From positions 10,602,001-10,666,000 of the forward strand of contig NC_092354.1 of assembly GCF_963676685.1 (NCBI RefSeq): a stretch of DNA of 64,000 nucleotides, in the 5' to 3' direction. The position numbers and the translations under genes are program-made. Under the pieces are notes generated by a model. That model was not told where the DNA came from, made no database searches, and saw nothing but the letters and a program-made list of their open reading frames with translations. This document shows positions 1 to 14,007 of the stretch, one piece after another; position 1 is the first letter of the stretch, and each line of letters begins with the position of its first letter. The stretch is from Mytilus edulis (taxonomy: Eukaryota).

Positions 1-380
1 AGTTGATTCATCACTTCGTAAATTTTCCGGACGACATCACAAGTTGGTTGACCGTTATGGAATAACCGTTTCACAGATTAAATCGGATATGTTTTTACAA
101 TCCTCTTTTCTTTTCGTGAATATGACTTACCAAATTAGACTATTCACTGGGTTTGTTATAACATGAGGAACACAATGGGTGCCCCATGTGGAGCCTGATC
201 TTTTTACCCTTCAGGAGCACCTGAGATCACCCCCAGTTTTGATGGGGTTCGTTTTGCTAAGTCTTTAGTTTTCTATGTTGTGTTCTGTACTATCATTTGT
301 CTGTTTTTGGGTTTTTTTTTGCCATTGCAGTTTGTTTTTAATCTATGAGCTTGACTGTCCCTCTGGTATCTTTCGTTCCT
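1..380 (+). mobile_element. 3' end of a Penelope-like retroelement with SINE-like tail
   Basis: Start translates SSLRKFSGRHHKLVDRYGITVSQI, resembling the C-terminal region of mollusc PLE ORFs. A homologous copy lies at about 18610-19070. Confidence 0.6.
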
Positions 381-2245
381 CTTTAAATATTTAGGATATT
401 GAAGCTTGATAAACATATTCAGATATCTATATTGTATATCATCTTGAAATTTATGAAAACACATAGAGATATGTAAAATTGAGTGTGTTTTGGAACATTA
501 AATGTTCATAATAATAATTTTCAGTAATTGTTGTAATAATTGTCAGTGATGAATAACTAATAAAATGAACAATTTTAATTGACAAAAAGATGAACGAAAT
601 GTAATCCTTGATGTACGAAATGTAAAGCATGAAAAAGCTTTAAAAGCTTATTTTTATCATATTGCGTACTTGTAAATTGATTGACTTGGATTATTTAAAC
701 TGTTTACAAAATATCAGGATTTGTACACAAACTATATCCAATCCTTAAAATTATCAGCAAAGATAAATAAAGACATTGCATCCAAGTATCGTTTTATGCA
801 AACCAAAGGAAACCAATTATTTGGTTGCATCAATACAAATACTCGTCGAATTGTTCAACAAACCATGACTACATATAATAACTCGTTTACCATATTCTGT
901 TCAAAAAGTGAACTATAACTGCAACTAGACAAAAAAAAGCCACCAGGAATCTTGGCGAACAGGTATAATGGTAAGCGGGTACTAGGGTGAACGTTTATCT
1001 GGGCGACCGGACTCGGATTCGCCGAGAGTTAAATAAAATTGAAAACAACTCGTTTAATAATGTCTTGCGTTCGAAAAGCTTTTCTGGATTTACATTCATC
1101 GGGAACGCTCAAAGCAAAACATTTGAAATCCGAAAAAAAATATTTGTTAAATCATGTCAGTACTGCAGCACTGACTACTGAGCTGATGATACACTCGGGG
1201 ACTGACCAGCAGAGGTATCGACCCAGTGATGTAAAAATGGAAAACAACACTTTAATAATGTCTTATTAAAGTGAAATAAGGTCTGGTTCGAACAAAGATT
1301 TTTAAATCAAAGTTAACGTATGACAGGACTGGTTTCGCAATTAACTTATTATCATAGCGAACCTATATTTAAGTTAAGTATTCAAACAGTCATACTTGTC
1401 AACAGTCAAGTCCGTTTACTTGATTATGGTCCAAGGACTGGTCAGAGTAATCCTAAATTCTGTCACAGGTTAACTTTGAACGTCAAAAATGGCTGGTTGC
1501 TAAGGTAACATGCTGTAAGGTTAGGTTTGGATTAATGTTTCATTGTTAGCCGATGCCCATCTCCAGGCGCGGGACTATTACGCTGTGAAGGCCCGTTGGT
1601 AGTCTTGGTATGATTTCAATTCTTTGATCTTTTTTTGTCTCTTTAACACATTTTCCGTTTTCGTTGTCTATTCTTCATAATGAATATCAACAAGCAGATC
1701 TAGAAATTGTCATAAAACAAGCGTTGGTACTTGGTACTAACATGACAATTCATAAATATAGTTTTCCATCAAAATATACTGTAAATGTCATTAACTACCA
1801 ATTTTCGTTGTTTGAGGCAAACCTGAAATTTCGTGGATATTTGAATACGTGATTTATCAAGGTACTTTTATCATTTTTGTCTAATTACTTCTTATAATTG
1901 TAAAATGAAAAAGTACTTTTGAAACAGTTGTTAGAAAAGTACGTAGGAAGTTTAAAGATTGACTAATTACATTAGTAAGAATACAAGGAAAATGCAACAT
2001 GTGTTATTTATGCATCCATCTTTCATCACGTACGCACATTATACAATGGATATTAAAGTTCGTAATGATTGATTTTCTCATTAAGTATGCAAATGAAAAT
2101 GATTTAACACGTCATGTATGAAGTTGGTATCAAACAGATGTTTCAAAAGTGTCTAGGATATTTGAATAATCACAACAAAAATCCATAAACTTACACCGAA
2201 GCTTCAACCTATGGACAAGTCATTCAACTTATGTGTATGCATCTG

Positions 2246-3147
2246 TACCCCAGGAGTAGATTACCTTAGCCGTATTTGGCATAACTTTTTTGAATTTTGG
2301 ATCCTCAATGCTCTTCAACTTTGTATTTATTTGGCTTTTTAACTATTTTGATCTGAGCGTCACTGATAAGTCTTGTGTAGACGAAACGTGCGTCTGGCGT
2401 ATAAAATTATAATCCTGGTACTTTTGATAACTATTTACACCACTGGGTCGATGCCACTGCTGGTGGACGTTTTGTCCCCGAGGGTATCACCAGCCCAGTA
2501 GTCAGCACTTCGGTGTTGACATGAATATCAATTATATGGTCATTTTTATAAATTTTCTGTTTACAAAACTTTGAATTTTTCGAAAAACTAAGGATTTTCT
2601 TACCCCAGGAGTAGATTACCTTAGCCGTATTTGGCACAACTTTTTTGAATTTTGGATCCTCAATGCTCTTCAACTTTGTATTTATTTGGCTTTTTAACTA
2701 TTTTGATCTGAGCGTCACTGATGAGTCTTGTGTAGACGAAACGCGCGTCTGGCGTATAAAATTATAATCCTGGTACTTTTGATAACTATTTACACCACTG
2801 GGTCGATGCCACTGCTGGTGGACGTTTCGTCCCCGAGGGTATCACCAGCCCAGTAGTCAGCACTTCGGTGTTGACATGAATATCAATTATATGGTCATTT
2901 TATAAATTTTCTGTTTACAAAACTTTGAATTTTTCGAAAAACTAAGGATTTTCTTACCCCAGGAGTAGATTACCTTAGCCGTATTTGGCACAACTTTTTT
3001 GAATTTTGGATCCTCAATGCTCTTCAACTTTGTATTTATTTGGCTTTTTAACTATTTTGATCTGAGCGTCACTGATGGTTCTTGTGTAGACGAAACGCGC
3101 GTCTGGCGTATAAAATTATAATCCTGGTTCTTTTGATAACTATTTAC
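2246..3147. repeat. Tandem array of about 2.5 copies of a 355-bp interspersed repeat unit
   Basis: TACCCCAGGAGTAGATTACC recurs at 2246, 2601 and 2955 with near identity. Dispersed partial copies occur near 4190, 10900, 39650 and 44780. Confidence 0.9.
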
Positions 3148-5538
3148 AACGTAATCTCCAAATTTATGGAATATACATCTATAGTTTCATACTTGCCTGT
3201 TCTCTTATCTCATGGATATACGATAAAATGACTGACATACATGTATAAAACGCGTCAAATAATCTTGCTCTGTAATGATTTAAAAACCAAGGCAAATAAA
3301 TACTGTTAAAATTACCCCATCCCATTTCAAAAAGAAAATTTAGATAATAAGAAAATAACCTTGTACAGTAGCGGAACAGGACAGCGAGTTAACACACATG
3401 GTTAACCTTAGACATTCACCATTATTGGCTGTCCGATTCTTTGTTATCCAGAAGGTGAAGTAAGAATAAGAGCAGTGTTTTTTCCATTGAAGTAAAAAAA
3501 AAAATGTATTAAACATATTTCTAATATATTGCAATGACATCGTTCATATGCTCATTAGACATAGGTCTGTCGAATATTAGTATCTTTATTTTTCCATTTT
3601 GTAAAAAATATTGGCATGAAGGCTTTAAATGTCATACATTTCATACAAATCATAAAGACCTCCAAAACTTATCTCTGATCGATTTCATAGCATGATTCTT
3701 TAAATGAGAGTAACATGATTTTAACTTGAGGTTACAATTTTATGAAAACATTATTTACAAACATATGTCTAGGAAGCGTGAGTATTGGCCAACAAAACCA
3801 AAGCTGTACTATTAAGCCTGCATGTCTTTATTTAAAATTATTCAATATTTTTATATCATATTATCTCTGTCATTTATATCAGACATATGGTTAAACTCAT
3901 CAACGTGTGTAATTTTTTTATGTATTTTCAAGAATTCATAATAAGAGGTTTTTAAATTTAGATAAACTGAAAATCTTTTCCTGGTAAATCTATACATCAT
4001 GTGATGTAATATCGAACAACCCTTTATATATTTAATCACACTGATTCCCTGTTCCCCGAACGTTTGATACTACACAACATGTCTGTGTGTTATTAGTAAA
4101 AGTTAAGATATGTCCTGTTTTTAAAGAATGTTAATTATCTCCCCTTTTTTTAGGTCAATTTTTCTTTTTGTAAATTGTTAGCAAAGGTACCAGGATTATA
4201 ATTTAATACGCCAGACGCGCGTTTCGTCTACACAAGACTCATCAGTGACGCTCAGACCAAAATAGTCATAGAGCCAAACAAGTACAAAGTTTTTCGAAAA
4301 ATTCTAAATAAAACCATAAAAATATGTTTTATATGGATACACAATATAAATTTATGCATCTTCTAGCTAGACAAATAAAATAGCAAAATTGGTGGAAATT
4401 TCATTTCAAAATTTTAAGATTATGGTAACCTTATGACAGTACTTACACTTATGAAACATTTGAAAATGATACAATAAGATACTTAATAGCACTTGTTCAT
4501 TGAGACAAAAAAGAACACCATCAAGTAGTAAGGTCAATCATGGAGTTTCAACCCAGCGATAAAATCCCGCAACAAGAAACGGCTTCAGCTGGACACTAAA
4601 CAAAAATGTGCACACGTTCAGCAAAACAAGACATCATACTAAACTCCAAAACATATTCATGATATAAATGAACAAAAATTAACTAAAAAAGAGAATGTTT
4701 GAGTGTTAAGATTGTGCTAAATCGACTTTATGTTTGCATCTACATTACTGAAAGAACACAATAAATATTTGCCTTCCAATTAGCAAAATACCTTAAAAAT
4801 CATGCCATTGCCATGTTTTTTTCTATTTAGCTTTAACGTTTGCCTTTATTATGGAAAATAATTGCAGTTAACATGTTTTCAATGAACAAGTTGAATTTCG
4901 CTGTAAAATATACCTTTTATTTCATTTAATCAAAATATGTGAACACTGAAAACGTGAGCTCGAATCGTACATGTAGCAAGTGCGCTCAAATTCAGTCGTA
5001 AACGATTATCATTGTCAGGAAAAATATACTGGTTGATACTCCAATAAAAGTCCAGAAAATTACACCAAAATCAACCGTCACAAAAAGCACAATAGTGCTG
5101 ACAATAGCGTTAAACACTAATCAATCAAAACATGCTTGTAAATATGTGAAGTCGAAGGTAAATCACACGCAATTATTTTAATGAGTTGTCTGATTGACAA
5201 CCTCACCACAAATCCTTCTTTTTTATGACGACTCATACTTTATGATCTTTTGTTTCCATTTCCGTTTCAAGATTTTATTATAATTTTGTTGTTTTACTAT
5301 TTTCTCCGTCAATGTTAAACTGGCACATAATTTTTACTTTTAATTTTTCTACTTTTGATAAGATTTCCAAGGTCTGTCAATATGAGTAACATGTAATTGT
5401 CTGATTGGTCATGATGTAAATTGTAAATTTCCTTAATCAATACCTTATGTCGCAAATGATATGACTATATATACTGTTGTCGGTTGGTTATATGTACAAC
5501 ACATCAACGTTTAAATCGAATCAGCAAAAGCCTCAACG

Positions 5539-5602
5539 ATGAAGTCATTACTTTTCACGATAACAGGTATTTTGGGATTGTTACTTGTTCCAGCCATTGA
5601 AA
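5539..5602 (+). CDS. Sushi-CTL gene exon 1 (signal peptide)
   Basis: ATG, hydrophobic core, GTAAGT donor, phase 1. Confidence 0.75.
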
Positions 5603-8600
5603 GTAAGTTGTTTTTCTTTGATAATTTGAATTTTAAGCAAAAACATTTGGAAAGCATTATTGAAATTAAACGCAATGTATCAAGCTTGTAATTGTTTCTT
5701 AGAGATGCTCAGCACTATGAGAAACACTTAATATATCAGATGTTTGTTCACGACAAAATATGTGACATTACAAAATACATGTACAGTATTAGACATGGAT
5801 TATAACTTTTAAGTAAAACTTGTACTATTGATTAAGTTACCAGGATATATGAAATTATCTTACCTCCTATACATTTATAGGAATATGATTGGTTAATAGC
5901 GACCTCATGGAGACCGTGTATATTCAATATTAGGTTAGTAGGGAGGCGGGCCTTATTTCAATACACAGTTAGTAGTGGATTTAAAACGTAGGCATTGTTT
6001 GATTATTAAAAAGTATTGAAAGATCTGTTTAATATTGTCATATCAAGGTTGTTGATAATAGATATTTGTCGTTTACCTTAGTTTTTAAGTGCAGATCAAT
6101 TGAAGAAGGTTCTTAAAATTGAAGACTTGAACACTTTTTATGCAGAAATAAGAAGATGTGTTATGATAGCAAATAAGACAACTTTAGTCTAAATTCCACA
6201 AAAAAAGATAGTCGGTAAGATAAATTCGTTACATAGTGTGCTAGTGACCTAATATGATATATACAAGGTAAGTAAATTCCATATGGGGTGAGAGCGAAGC
6301 TCCCATATGGAATTTACTGACCCTGTATATATCATATTAGGTCGCTCGAACCCCATATGGAATTTACTTACCCTGTATATATCATATTATGTCACAAGCA
6401 CACTATGTAACTACTAATATTTTAAAACTGATATGTAAATGGAATACTATAAATTCTTCATACAATTGTCGTTTCAAATCTGTTTGTTAATACTGTTCGT
6501 GCCTTTATTAAGAAACAAACGCAGTGTTTTCTATATTTATCCAATATTTCAAATAATATATCCAACGATGTTTTCCAGGCAACACGTTCTGATATTTACA
6601 TTTGTGTTCATAGCATTTTTAAAGACGCACACTAATTGTTTTATTATTAACAAAAGCACCAGATAAACTGAACAATTACTATACTTCTTTTGCGATAAAA
6701 GACCAGACATTTCATTATTTCTAGAACAGTTTGCATAGGATAGCCAGAAATTTTTTGCAACATAACATGTACATTCCAGAAATATGTTAAACATTTAGTC
6801 TCTGATTCCTAATAAACTTCTTTATCCAGTTTTTTTTTACTTGCGTTTAAATAAAGATGACAACATGGTATAATTCTATAAACATCTTCAAATGGAAATT
6901 TTGTATAAAATTAGTTTCGAGAAGTAATGAAAGGGATGGAGTATTCCAAAACTCAAATGTCATATTTTTATTCATATCCCACTTAATTCTGAGAGATATA
7001 GCAGCAAATACTGTATTATCTTTAAAACAAAAAAATAGCAAAAATCTTTTTTTTTATTGTTTTTATTTATACAATGTTGAAACCATACTTTTTAAAATTT
7101 CATAGGAAAAGAACAAATTACTTTCTGACACAAGTAGTGGGAGATATTATGGACATAATTGTGCAAATCGTGATACAAGCATGAAATTTGGTATAAAGGT
7201 TAACTAAATGATACTTACAAAAAATCCGCTGCTGGCCAGAAAAAAAAATCATTTTTTCAAGATGGCCACCACACATTTTGGAAATGGCGTCATTACAAAG
7301 GTCGCGAAATACAAATGTGCCCAACTTTCAATATTTGAAATTCAAGATAACCATAACATCTATGAGGGCCCTCATGGGGTTTTTGATTATGTGATTACTT
7401 GGCCCTTTTTTTAATGATTATTTGATTATTAAGCCAAATATTTCATGATTATTTGATTACCTAGGACTGTATTTTTAGTTTATGATTATTTGATTACTAA
7501 AGATAAGCAAATATTTAATGATTATGTGATTATATTGGCAAAAAAATGGTGATTATGTGATTACTAGGATCCCCCCCCCATGAGGGGCCTCATCTATGTT
7601 GATGTTTGATTAAACAATATGGGTCGGGTTTTACTATCATTTTTGTTTTCATTTTAAACATGTTAAACTTATTTCTCGTCATGGAAGTATTCCCAGAATA
7701 TCATGTTCAACGGGATTGACCTTTTAGATTATTAACAAAATAATCCATGTTGAATGTACTGTTAAACATATACATCATTCATTCCAACATTCGAATGTGT
7801 ATCAAATGAAGCCGCCGGCCATAATTGTGTTGTACAATTACATCAATTTTCAAAAAAGTCGAACATTTAACATTTAAAGATCACATTTATAGGAATTTTG
7901 TTTTACTATTAATCTGAAAATTGATCACAAATATACAAAATATGTATAAGATACGATTAAAGATCTATCATTTTTACAAATAGTACCTTTATTGTACAAT
8001 TTTTATTCTATTTAAATATAAAAACAATTGATTGTTATCTCAAATGAGCTGTGTGAAAAAAGCTTCTATTTCTTCAAATGGATAAAACAAAATAATAATA
8101 CTTTCAGTGAAAAGAAAAAGATGTCACAAGAGACCAACTGTTGGTAAGTTATTAATATGTCTATACTTTGTTGACCGTCCAATATAATTAATATTCCAAA
8201 ACTTTAAACAACTGTCATACAGTCGAACATTGCCGTAAAAGCACAAGTCTATGTTGTGATTTCCATAGTACAAATGCCACAGTTTGAGACACAAAAGGAA
8301 TTCCAATACAAAATTATATTTCAGTCCATATTATGAACAATATATTTTTTTTTTACTTTGCTATAACATGTATAACATGTATAATAAGATATTCACACAT
8401 TTAAATTATAAACAAAAATACTTTATCTTAATTCAACGTGTCTAGATAAATAATAAAAAAGGGTGTTTTGTCAGTAATCCAAAAAGGGCTTTCCGAAGAC
8501 AAAAGGTTATGTATATATATGAAATTATAGCAAACAGACTTTTGGTAACAAATTTGTAATCATAGGAATTGATGTTGCAATACTATTTAAATCATCTAAG

Positions 8601-11600
8601 ACACCAGGATAACAATTGTGAACGCTAGTCGCGAGTTTCTTCTGAAAAGAAAAAGCAGTGACGAAACAAGATAAAGCCCAAAAATAAAACAAAGAAGAAC
8701 AGTATCGAATACACCAAAAAACTTTGTATCTTATGATTAGGGTTTTTATTTTCCATGCGATGTATCGTTCTAAATATATCTGTAGTTGAGTGCCCAAACC
8801 CGTCTACCAGAACATGTGCCAAAATAATAGTTACTGCAGAAGAAAGATTTGTTGGGAGTACAGGAAAAGTGACGTGCTCAGTTGGTTATTTTCTAATGGG
8901 AAATGACACCATAACGTGTTTAGATGATGGTGTATGGAGTCCGATAAAGGCTATATGTAATACTTGTGTTTTATATAATATTTCATCTCTTTGCTTGATA
9001 TTAATTTATGAGAGAATCGTTTTACAAATAAATTGAAAAACGTAGTTAAAACTTCGACAAAAAAGCTCCGATAGGCGTTCTGTTTTAAAAACAACATTCA
9101 GGATTTTCTTGTTTTGTCAGATAAATACAGGCCTTTATAATTTTATAGGCAAATCTGTTATTGGCTAAATAAACTATAGAAATTATCAACACTCCGTCAA
9201 CTATGTTTTAGAACCAAAACCAAGCTGAAGGTTAAATAACTTTATCTTTAACTTAATATGGCGACAAAGAAATGGTCATATATATTTAATTATTACTTTC
9301 ATATAAATATTGATATCAATATTTGTATATATGAACACAACACCTGATTACATAGGGTATATTCTGAATTAAATTAGACAAAGGAACTAAAATCATAACG
9401 AAACAAAATCTTGTAAAAAAACAGGGCAATTTAGAGATATATCTAAAATAATGAAATATTCATTACTATTATATGTATAGTTACATGTCACAATTATATA
9501 CATTTAGGTGTTGCAAATGGAAATGGTTTTGGCGTAGCTGAAGTACGTTCATTCAGTGGTTCATTATACATATTTGTTAAAAATGTCTTAGGTTACGACG
9601 ATGCAAAGGTAAATTGGTATATACTAGTATCAAATTGAGAATTGAAATGCACAGATGGGAAATTTTATAGATTTATACATTTTACAGTAAAGATCGGTGA
9701 CAGAATAATTCATTTAATGTGTGCATGATATGTAAGGTGTGCCTTTTCGTGTTAATTGGGTTGAACTTATATGCCTATATCATTGAAGTACACTTGTCAT
9801 TTACGATTAGTTGTGTTAAACTATGTAACGCTGGTAACTGTGTATTCAAATCATGTTTTGCAGGATTTTTGCTCTTATAAGTGTAGTACTCTTGTTGAAA
9901 TAAATAACAAAGAAGAAAACAGATTCATATATTCAGCTTTGAGAGAAAATGGTTAGCAATATTATTCAAATTGATCTTAAAATTAGATAGATAGATAGTT
10001 TATTCTCATAAAACCATGCAAGTACAAAGGTTACAGAGAAGTTAAAAAAAAAAAAATAGTATACATAAAAATAAAAAATGCATTAAAAATGCATAAAATT
10101 CAAAATTCAAAAAGATACATACCATTGTATTGAAATTCTATAGCATAATTGAACAACAAGGTAAATCAAGTTTTTGCATGCAACTTATCAAAAATAAATT
10201 AATCCAAGGGTTACAAAACATATTTTTCACATGAGCAACATGGCATATGTCACATATCTAACATGTTCTACTTACCCTTTTGAAACACCTGATATCAACC
10301 CTGGTTTATTGTGAGGTTTCAGTTTCTCAGTCTCTAGTTTTTTATGTATTGGTTTGTTTACAAGTGTTTATCTTTAGACAGTTTTTGATTATTTTTTTTT
10401 GGCGTTATCAATTTGTGTTCGACTAATGAGTTCAAATGACTATATGATTTTTTCCAACGATAGAGGCGATTCCGCCAATTTAAAAGTGAACATGAAAAGG
10501 TATTAAAAAATATTTTGAATCCGTTAAAATAAAAACCGCCAGAATATTTCGTAGACCTTTTTCAATTAATATCGCGAAATTTTACACCCGGGAAAATAAT
10601 CCGCTATACGGTATTGGATGCATCATGTCGAGCGGGATATACTTACCCTTTCTGAAGCAAATGTGATCAAACCGATTTTTTTTAAGGTTTCCTAAGGTTG
10701 AACTTGCCCTTGTTTCACAATTAAACATGAACTCCAGAGACCAGCACACTAAGCTGTATTACATTAAACAGAATAGTTGAGTTCACACATTCAGTACAAT
10801 TTTATTAACGTTATACAACTCAAAAGCTAATGCAAGCTTCATTAAATGTTCCGAAGAACCGTTTATAAGTACGTAAAATTTTTGAAATATTAAGGCTTTT
10901 CTACCTCAAGAATAGATTACCTTAGCTGTATTTGGCAAAACTTTAAGGAAATTTGGTCCTCAATGCTCTTCAACTTCGTACTTTATTTGTCTTATTTTAT
11001 CTTTGGTGGATTCGAGCGTCACTAATGAGTCTTTTATAGACGAAAAGCGCGTCTAGCGTAAATAAATAATGTTATCCAGGCATCTATGATGAGTTTTGTT
11101 TTACATTGAAGATTACTCGTTGTGTAAAGAGTAAATGAGTTAAATTAGAAAAATACCGAATCCAAATGAAAATTCAAAACGGACAGTCCTTGGTTATTTG
11201 GAAAAACTCAAACACATCTAACCAATGGAAAATTAACTGTCATGTTCATGATTTGGAGCAAATCTATCTAAATTAAAAAGGCCCCTTGTTGAAATCTTGT
11301 AGTGCATTCATTTGGTACACATCTCTACTTAAACGAAAAAAGTAGTTAACAAAGTAATGAATAGCTACAGATATATCAATAAGTCCAAAAAGTTAGAAAT
11401 GTATGACAGATCCACCCATTGGATCATTAGTGAGGGTGATACACGACTGGAAATATATATAATAGTCAAAAACTACTCTTAATATCGACAAAACACTGTT
11501 TTAAATCTGCAGAGAAGTTTGGTTTTAGTTTTATGAATTTCGAGATTGTTTTAGGTAAATCAGAATAAATATGTTTCATTTTACGTCATAATCATACTGA

Positions 11601-12001
11601 TAAAGGAAGTGTGTTATTTATGGATACGTTAACATTGACTGTTTTTTTGTTAATATTAATATATTGATGTTTGTTTTTTGGCACACTTTGTAGGCGTTTG
11701 TTTTATATGCATATAGTTTGTTTTACTACTTGTTGTAGGTTTATCCTATCCTTTGATTGGATTAGAGTCAAGGAATGGCATAAGTTATGAATGGCAATCT
11801 AAAAATACAACCGACTCAAACATGTTTAACGACTGGCATCCGACCAAACCTGACAAGACTGCAGTTGGCAGTTGTGCTATGATATTTTTAAATCTTGATA
11901 AATGGATTGACATCCGTAAAAGTTGCGATTGTTTTTCCTGGATTGACATCCCGAAAGGTGTTTGCGAATGGGAATCACAATGTATATGCGAATTAAGGTA
12001 G
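5539..12001 (+). CDS. Secreted Sushi/CCP + C-type lectin domain protein, about 228 aa; exons 5539-5602, 8786-8956, 9508-9608, 9864-9951, 11739-12001
   Basis: Signal peptide MKSLLFTITGILGLLLVPAIE. Sushi domain CPNP...VTCSVGYFLMGNDTITCLDDGVWSPIKAIC. CTLD motifs YIFVKN..YDDAKDFC, LVEINNKEENRFI, LIGL, WHPTKPD, CAMI, WID, ICE. All junctions are GT-AG with compatible phases (1,1,0,1). The exon 2 donor could alternatively lie 9 nt downstream. Confidence 0.85.
6228..6411. mobile_element. Long palindromic non-autonomous element core (Crypton-like?) with GCGAAGC loop
   Basis: GTTACATAGTGTGCT...AGCACACTATGTAAC inverted arms, a central GAGCGAAGCTC hairpin and a duplicated right arm. Confidence 0.5.
7364..7591 (+). 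mobile_element. MITE with GAGG...CCTC termini, internal TGATTA repeats and a 6-bp TSD (ATCTAT)
   Basis: TIR GAGGGCCCTCATGGGG / CCCCATGAGGGGCCTC with ATCTAT on both sides; a near-identical inverted copy lies at 38343-38584. Confidence 0.85.
8786..8956 (+). CDS. Sushi-CTL gene exon 2 (Sushi/CCP domain)
   Basis: CCP pattern with Cys residues and the G.WS motif; phase 1-1 exon. Confidence 0.85.
9508..9608 (+). CDS. Sushi-CTL gene exon 3 (CTLD N-terminus)
   Basis: TTTAG acceptor, ...SFSGSLYIFVKNVLGYDDAK, AAG|GTAAAT donor. Confidence 0.8.
9864..9951 (+). CDS. Sushi-CTL gene exon 4
   Basis: TTTTGCAG acceptor, DFCSYKCSTLVEINNKEENRFIYSALREN, GTTAG donor. Confidence 0.85.
11739..12001 (+). CDS. Sushi-CTL gene exon 5 (CTLD C-terminus)
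   Basis: GLSYPLIGL...WHPTKPD...CAMI...WID...CICELR then stop. Confidence 0.88.
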
Positions 12002-12961
12002 GAAAGTGTATAACGTTTAAGTTTAGTTTCATTCTGAAATGAAACAACAAATACATATGTTATATAACAAAATATTACGAATCCAAGAAAAAAAGTTTCT
12101 ATTCAACGTAGTTACATAATTCAAATCAATGATGTATAAAACAAATGACAAACTGAACAAAACTGGACAGTATGTCACACATCATCATTTTCCTGAACCA
12201 GAATAAAAAAAAAAGACATACCCACTTTTTTTCTGCAATAGGGTGTCTTATCATACCATAACAGCTCAACAGATATCGGTAATCTGTATTTATGGACTAT
12301 ACGATTATCGCTTTAAAGGGCCGCCAACAGCCGATATAATTTTAGTATTGCTAGTGACCCCAGAATGTTTAATGCTACAGATTGCCCATGACGTATCGGC
12401 CCGTTAGTTAATGTTCTAGTCACCGACCTGCAACCCGCTTTCTACTCATAGAAAATAACTTCATTTTCCATGGCGCCAATCTTCAAGTTCAAAACTTAAA
12501 AGTGTAAATTTGAATACTCAAAATCAACCATGCAACAATTTAACTATAATCAGTGAATGCACAGACAGATTGAAATCAAACGCTACTGTTGCTATATGGA
12601 ACGATGTTTTGCTATTTCTTTTAATTGTTAGAATTAGTTGTTATCTTTTAATACATTAATTGTGAAACAATGAACTTCAACAAAAGCAAACGTCAACAAA
12701 GAAACGGTCTGCAGATAACAACGGTATTACCCTAACTCGGTACAGGACATTAAAAAGAAAAAAAATAGTGGGTGGGACTGGTTTTAACATTTACAAAAAT
12801 ATGATAAACATAATAAATAGACAGTAAAATAGCAGGGTCAATTTCCAAAACCCTCTTATTAATGAAGTAATTGTCTTGTCAATTTGAATTTAAGTTAAAA
12901 ATTAGGAATTAAAGTTTGTTGTGATAAACAATACAAATCATGATCATACACCATTGTACAC

Positions 12962-14007
12962 TACGGGGCGCCGAATGGGACTCTTGTGGTTTTGTACAAA
13001 ATTCAATTCTGTCATAACAAACTCATTTCTGTCTTACAAAACTATGTGATACAGACTTGTTTTTTGAGAACTTCTATTTTGTGATGACAAATTCATTTTT
13101 TGTCAAGACAAAATTCATTGTTGTCAAGACAAAATTCATTGTTGTCAAGACAAATTTCATTTTTGTCAAGACAAAATTAATTTTTTGTAGACAAAATTCA
13201 TTTGACAAAATTTAATTTTGTCAAATAGGTATGCAAATATAAACTTATTTGCATACAACTTTTGTGTTAAATTTTCACTTCTGTTTAACAAAACTCAATT
13301 TTGTCTACACAAAAAAAAATTAAATTTAACTTTGTCATGACAATTGAATTTTGTCTACAAAAATGAATTTTGTCATTACAAAATTCAATTTTGTGTAAAA
13401 ACAATAAATTTTGTCTACAAAATTGTCGTTTGTCATTACAAAATTTAATTTTGTGTCACATAAGTTAATTTTGTCAACACAAAAATAAAAACAAAATTGA
13501 AATTGGTCTACATGTACCAATTCAATTTTGTGTTTATTTTTGTGTACACAAAATTCACCTTTGTGAGACAAAATTGACTTGTTTGACAAAAATAATTTTG
13601 TGTTACAAAATTGACTTTCTGGCACAAAATTGACTTTTGTGTTAAATTTTCACTTCTGTTTAACAAAACTCATTTTTTTCCTACACAAAAAATAAACACA
13701 AAATTGAGTTTTGTGACAAAATCTCAGTTCTGTATGCAAATTAGTTCACAGAATCTAAGCTTAAGTAATTTGCATACAAAACATACTTTTGTCGCCCAAC
13801 TTTCAAATTAGGTAACAAAAGTAAAGTCTGTGTTCCAAAAATGAATTTTGTCATGACAAAACTAACTTTTGTCCACTGAAAGATAATTTTGTATGACAAA
13901 ATTAAATTTGTAGTATGCTACAATTTTTTTTAACTGAACTCATTTTTGTCCGTACAAAATTTAATTTCGAGTACAAGACCACAAGAGTCCCATTCGGCGC
14001 CCCCGTA
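12962..14007. mobile_element. Foldback-type non-autonomous DNA transposon with TACGGGG termini and a 5-bp TSD (TACAC)
   Basis: About 35-bp TIR TACGGGGCGCCGAATGGGACTCTTGTGGT at both ends, TACAC flanking both sides, and an interior of ACAAAATT subrepeats in both orientations. Confidence 0.88.

Noticed and set aside
13335-13811. ORFs rich in TK/F/N motifs
   Set aside because: Translations of the foldback element's internal subrepeats.
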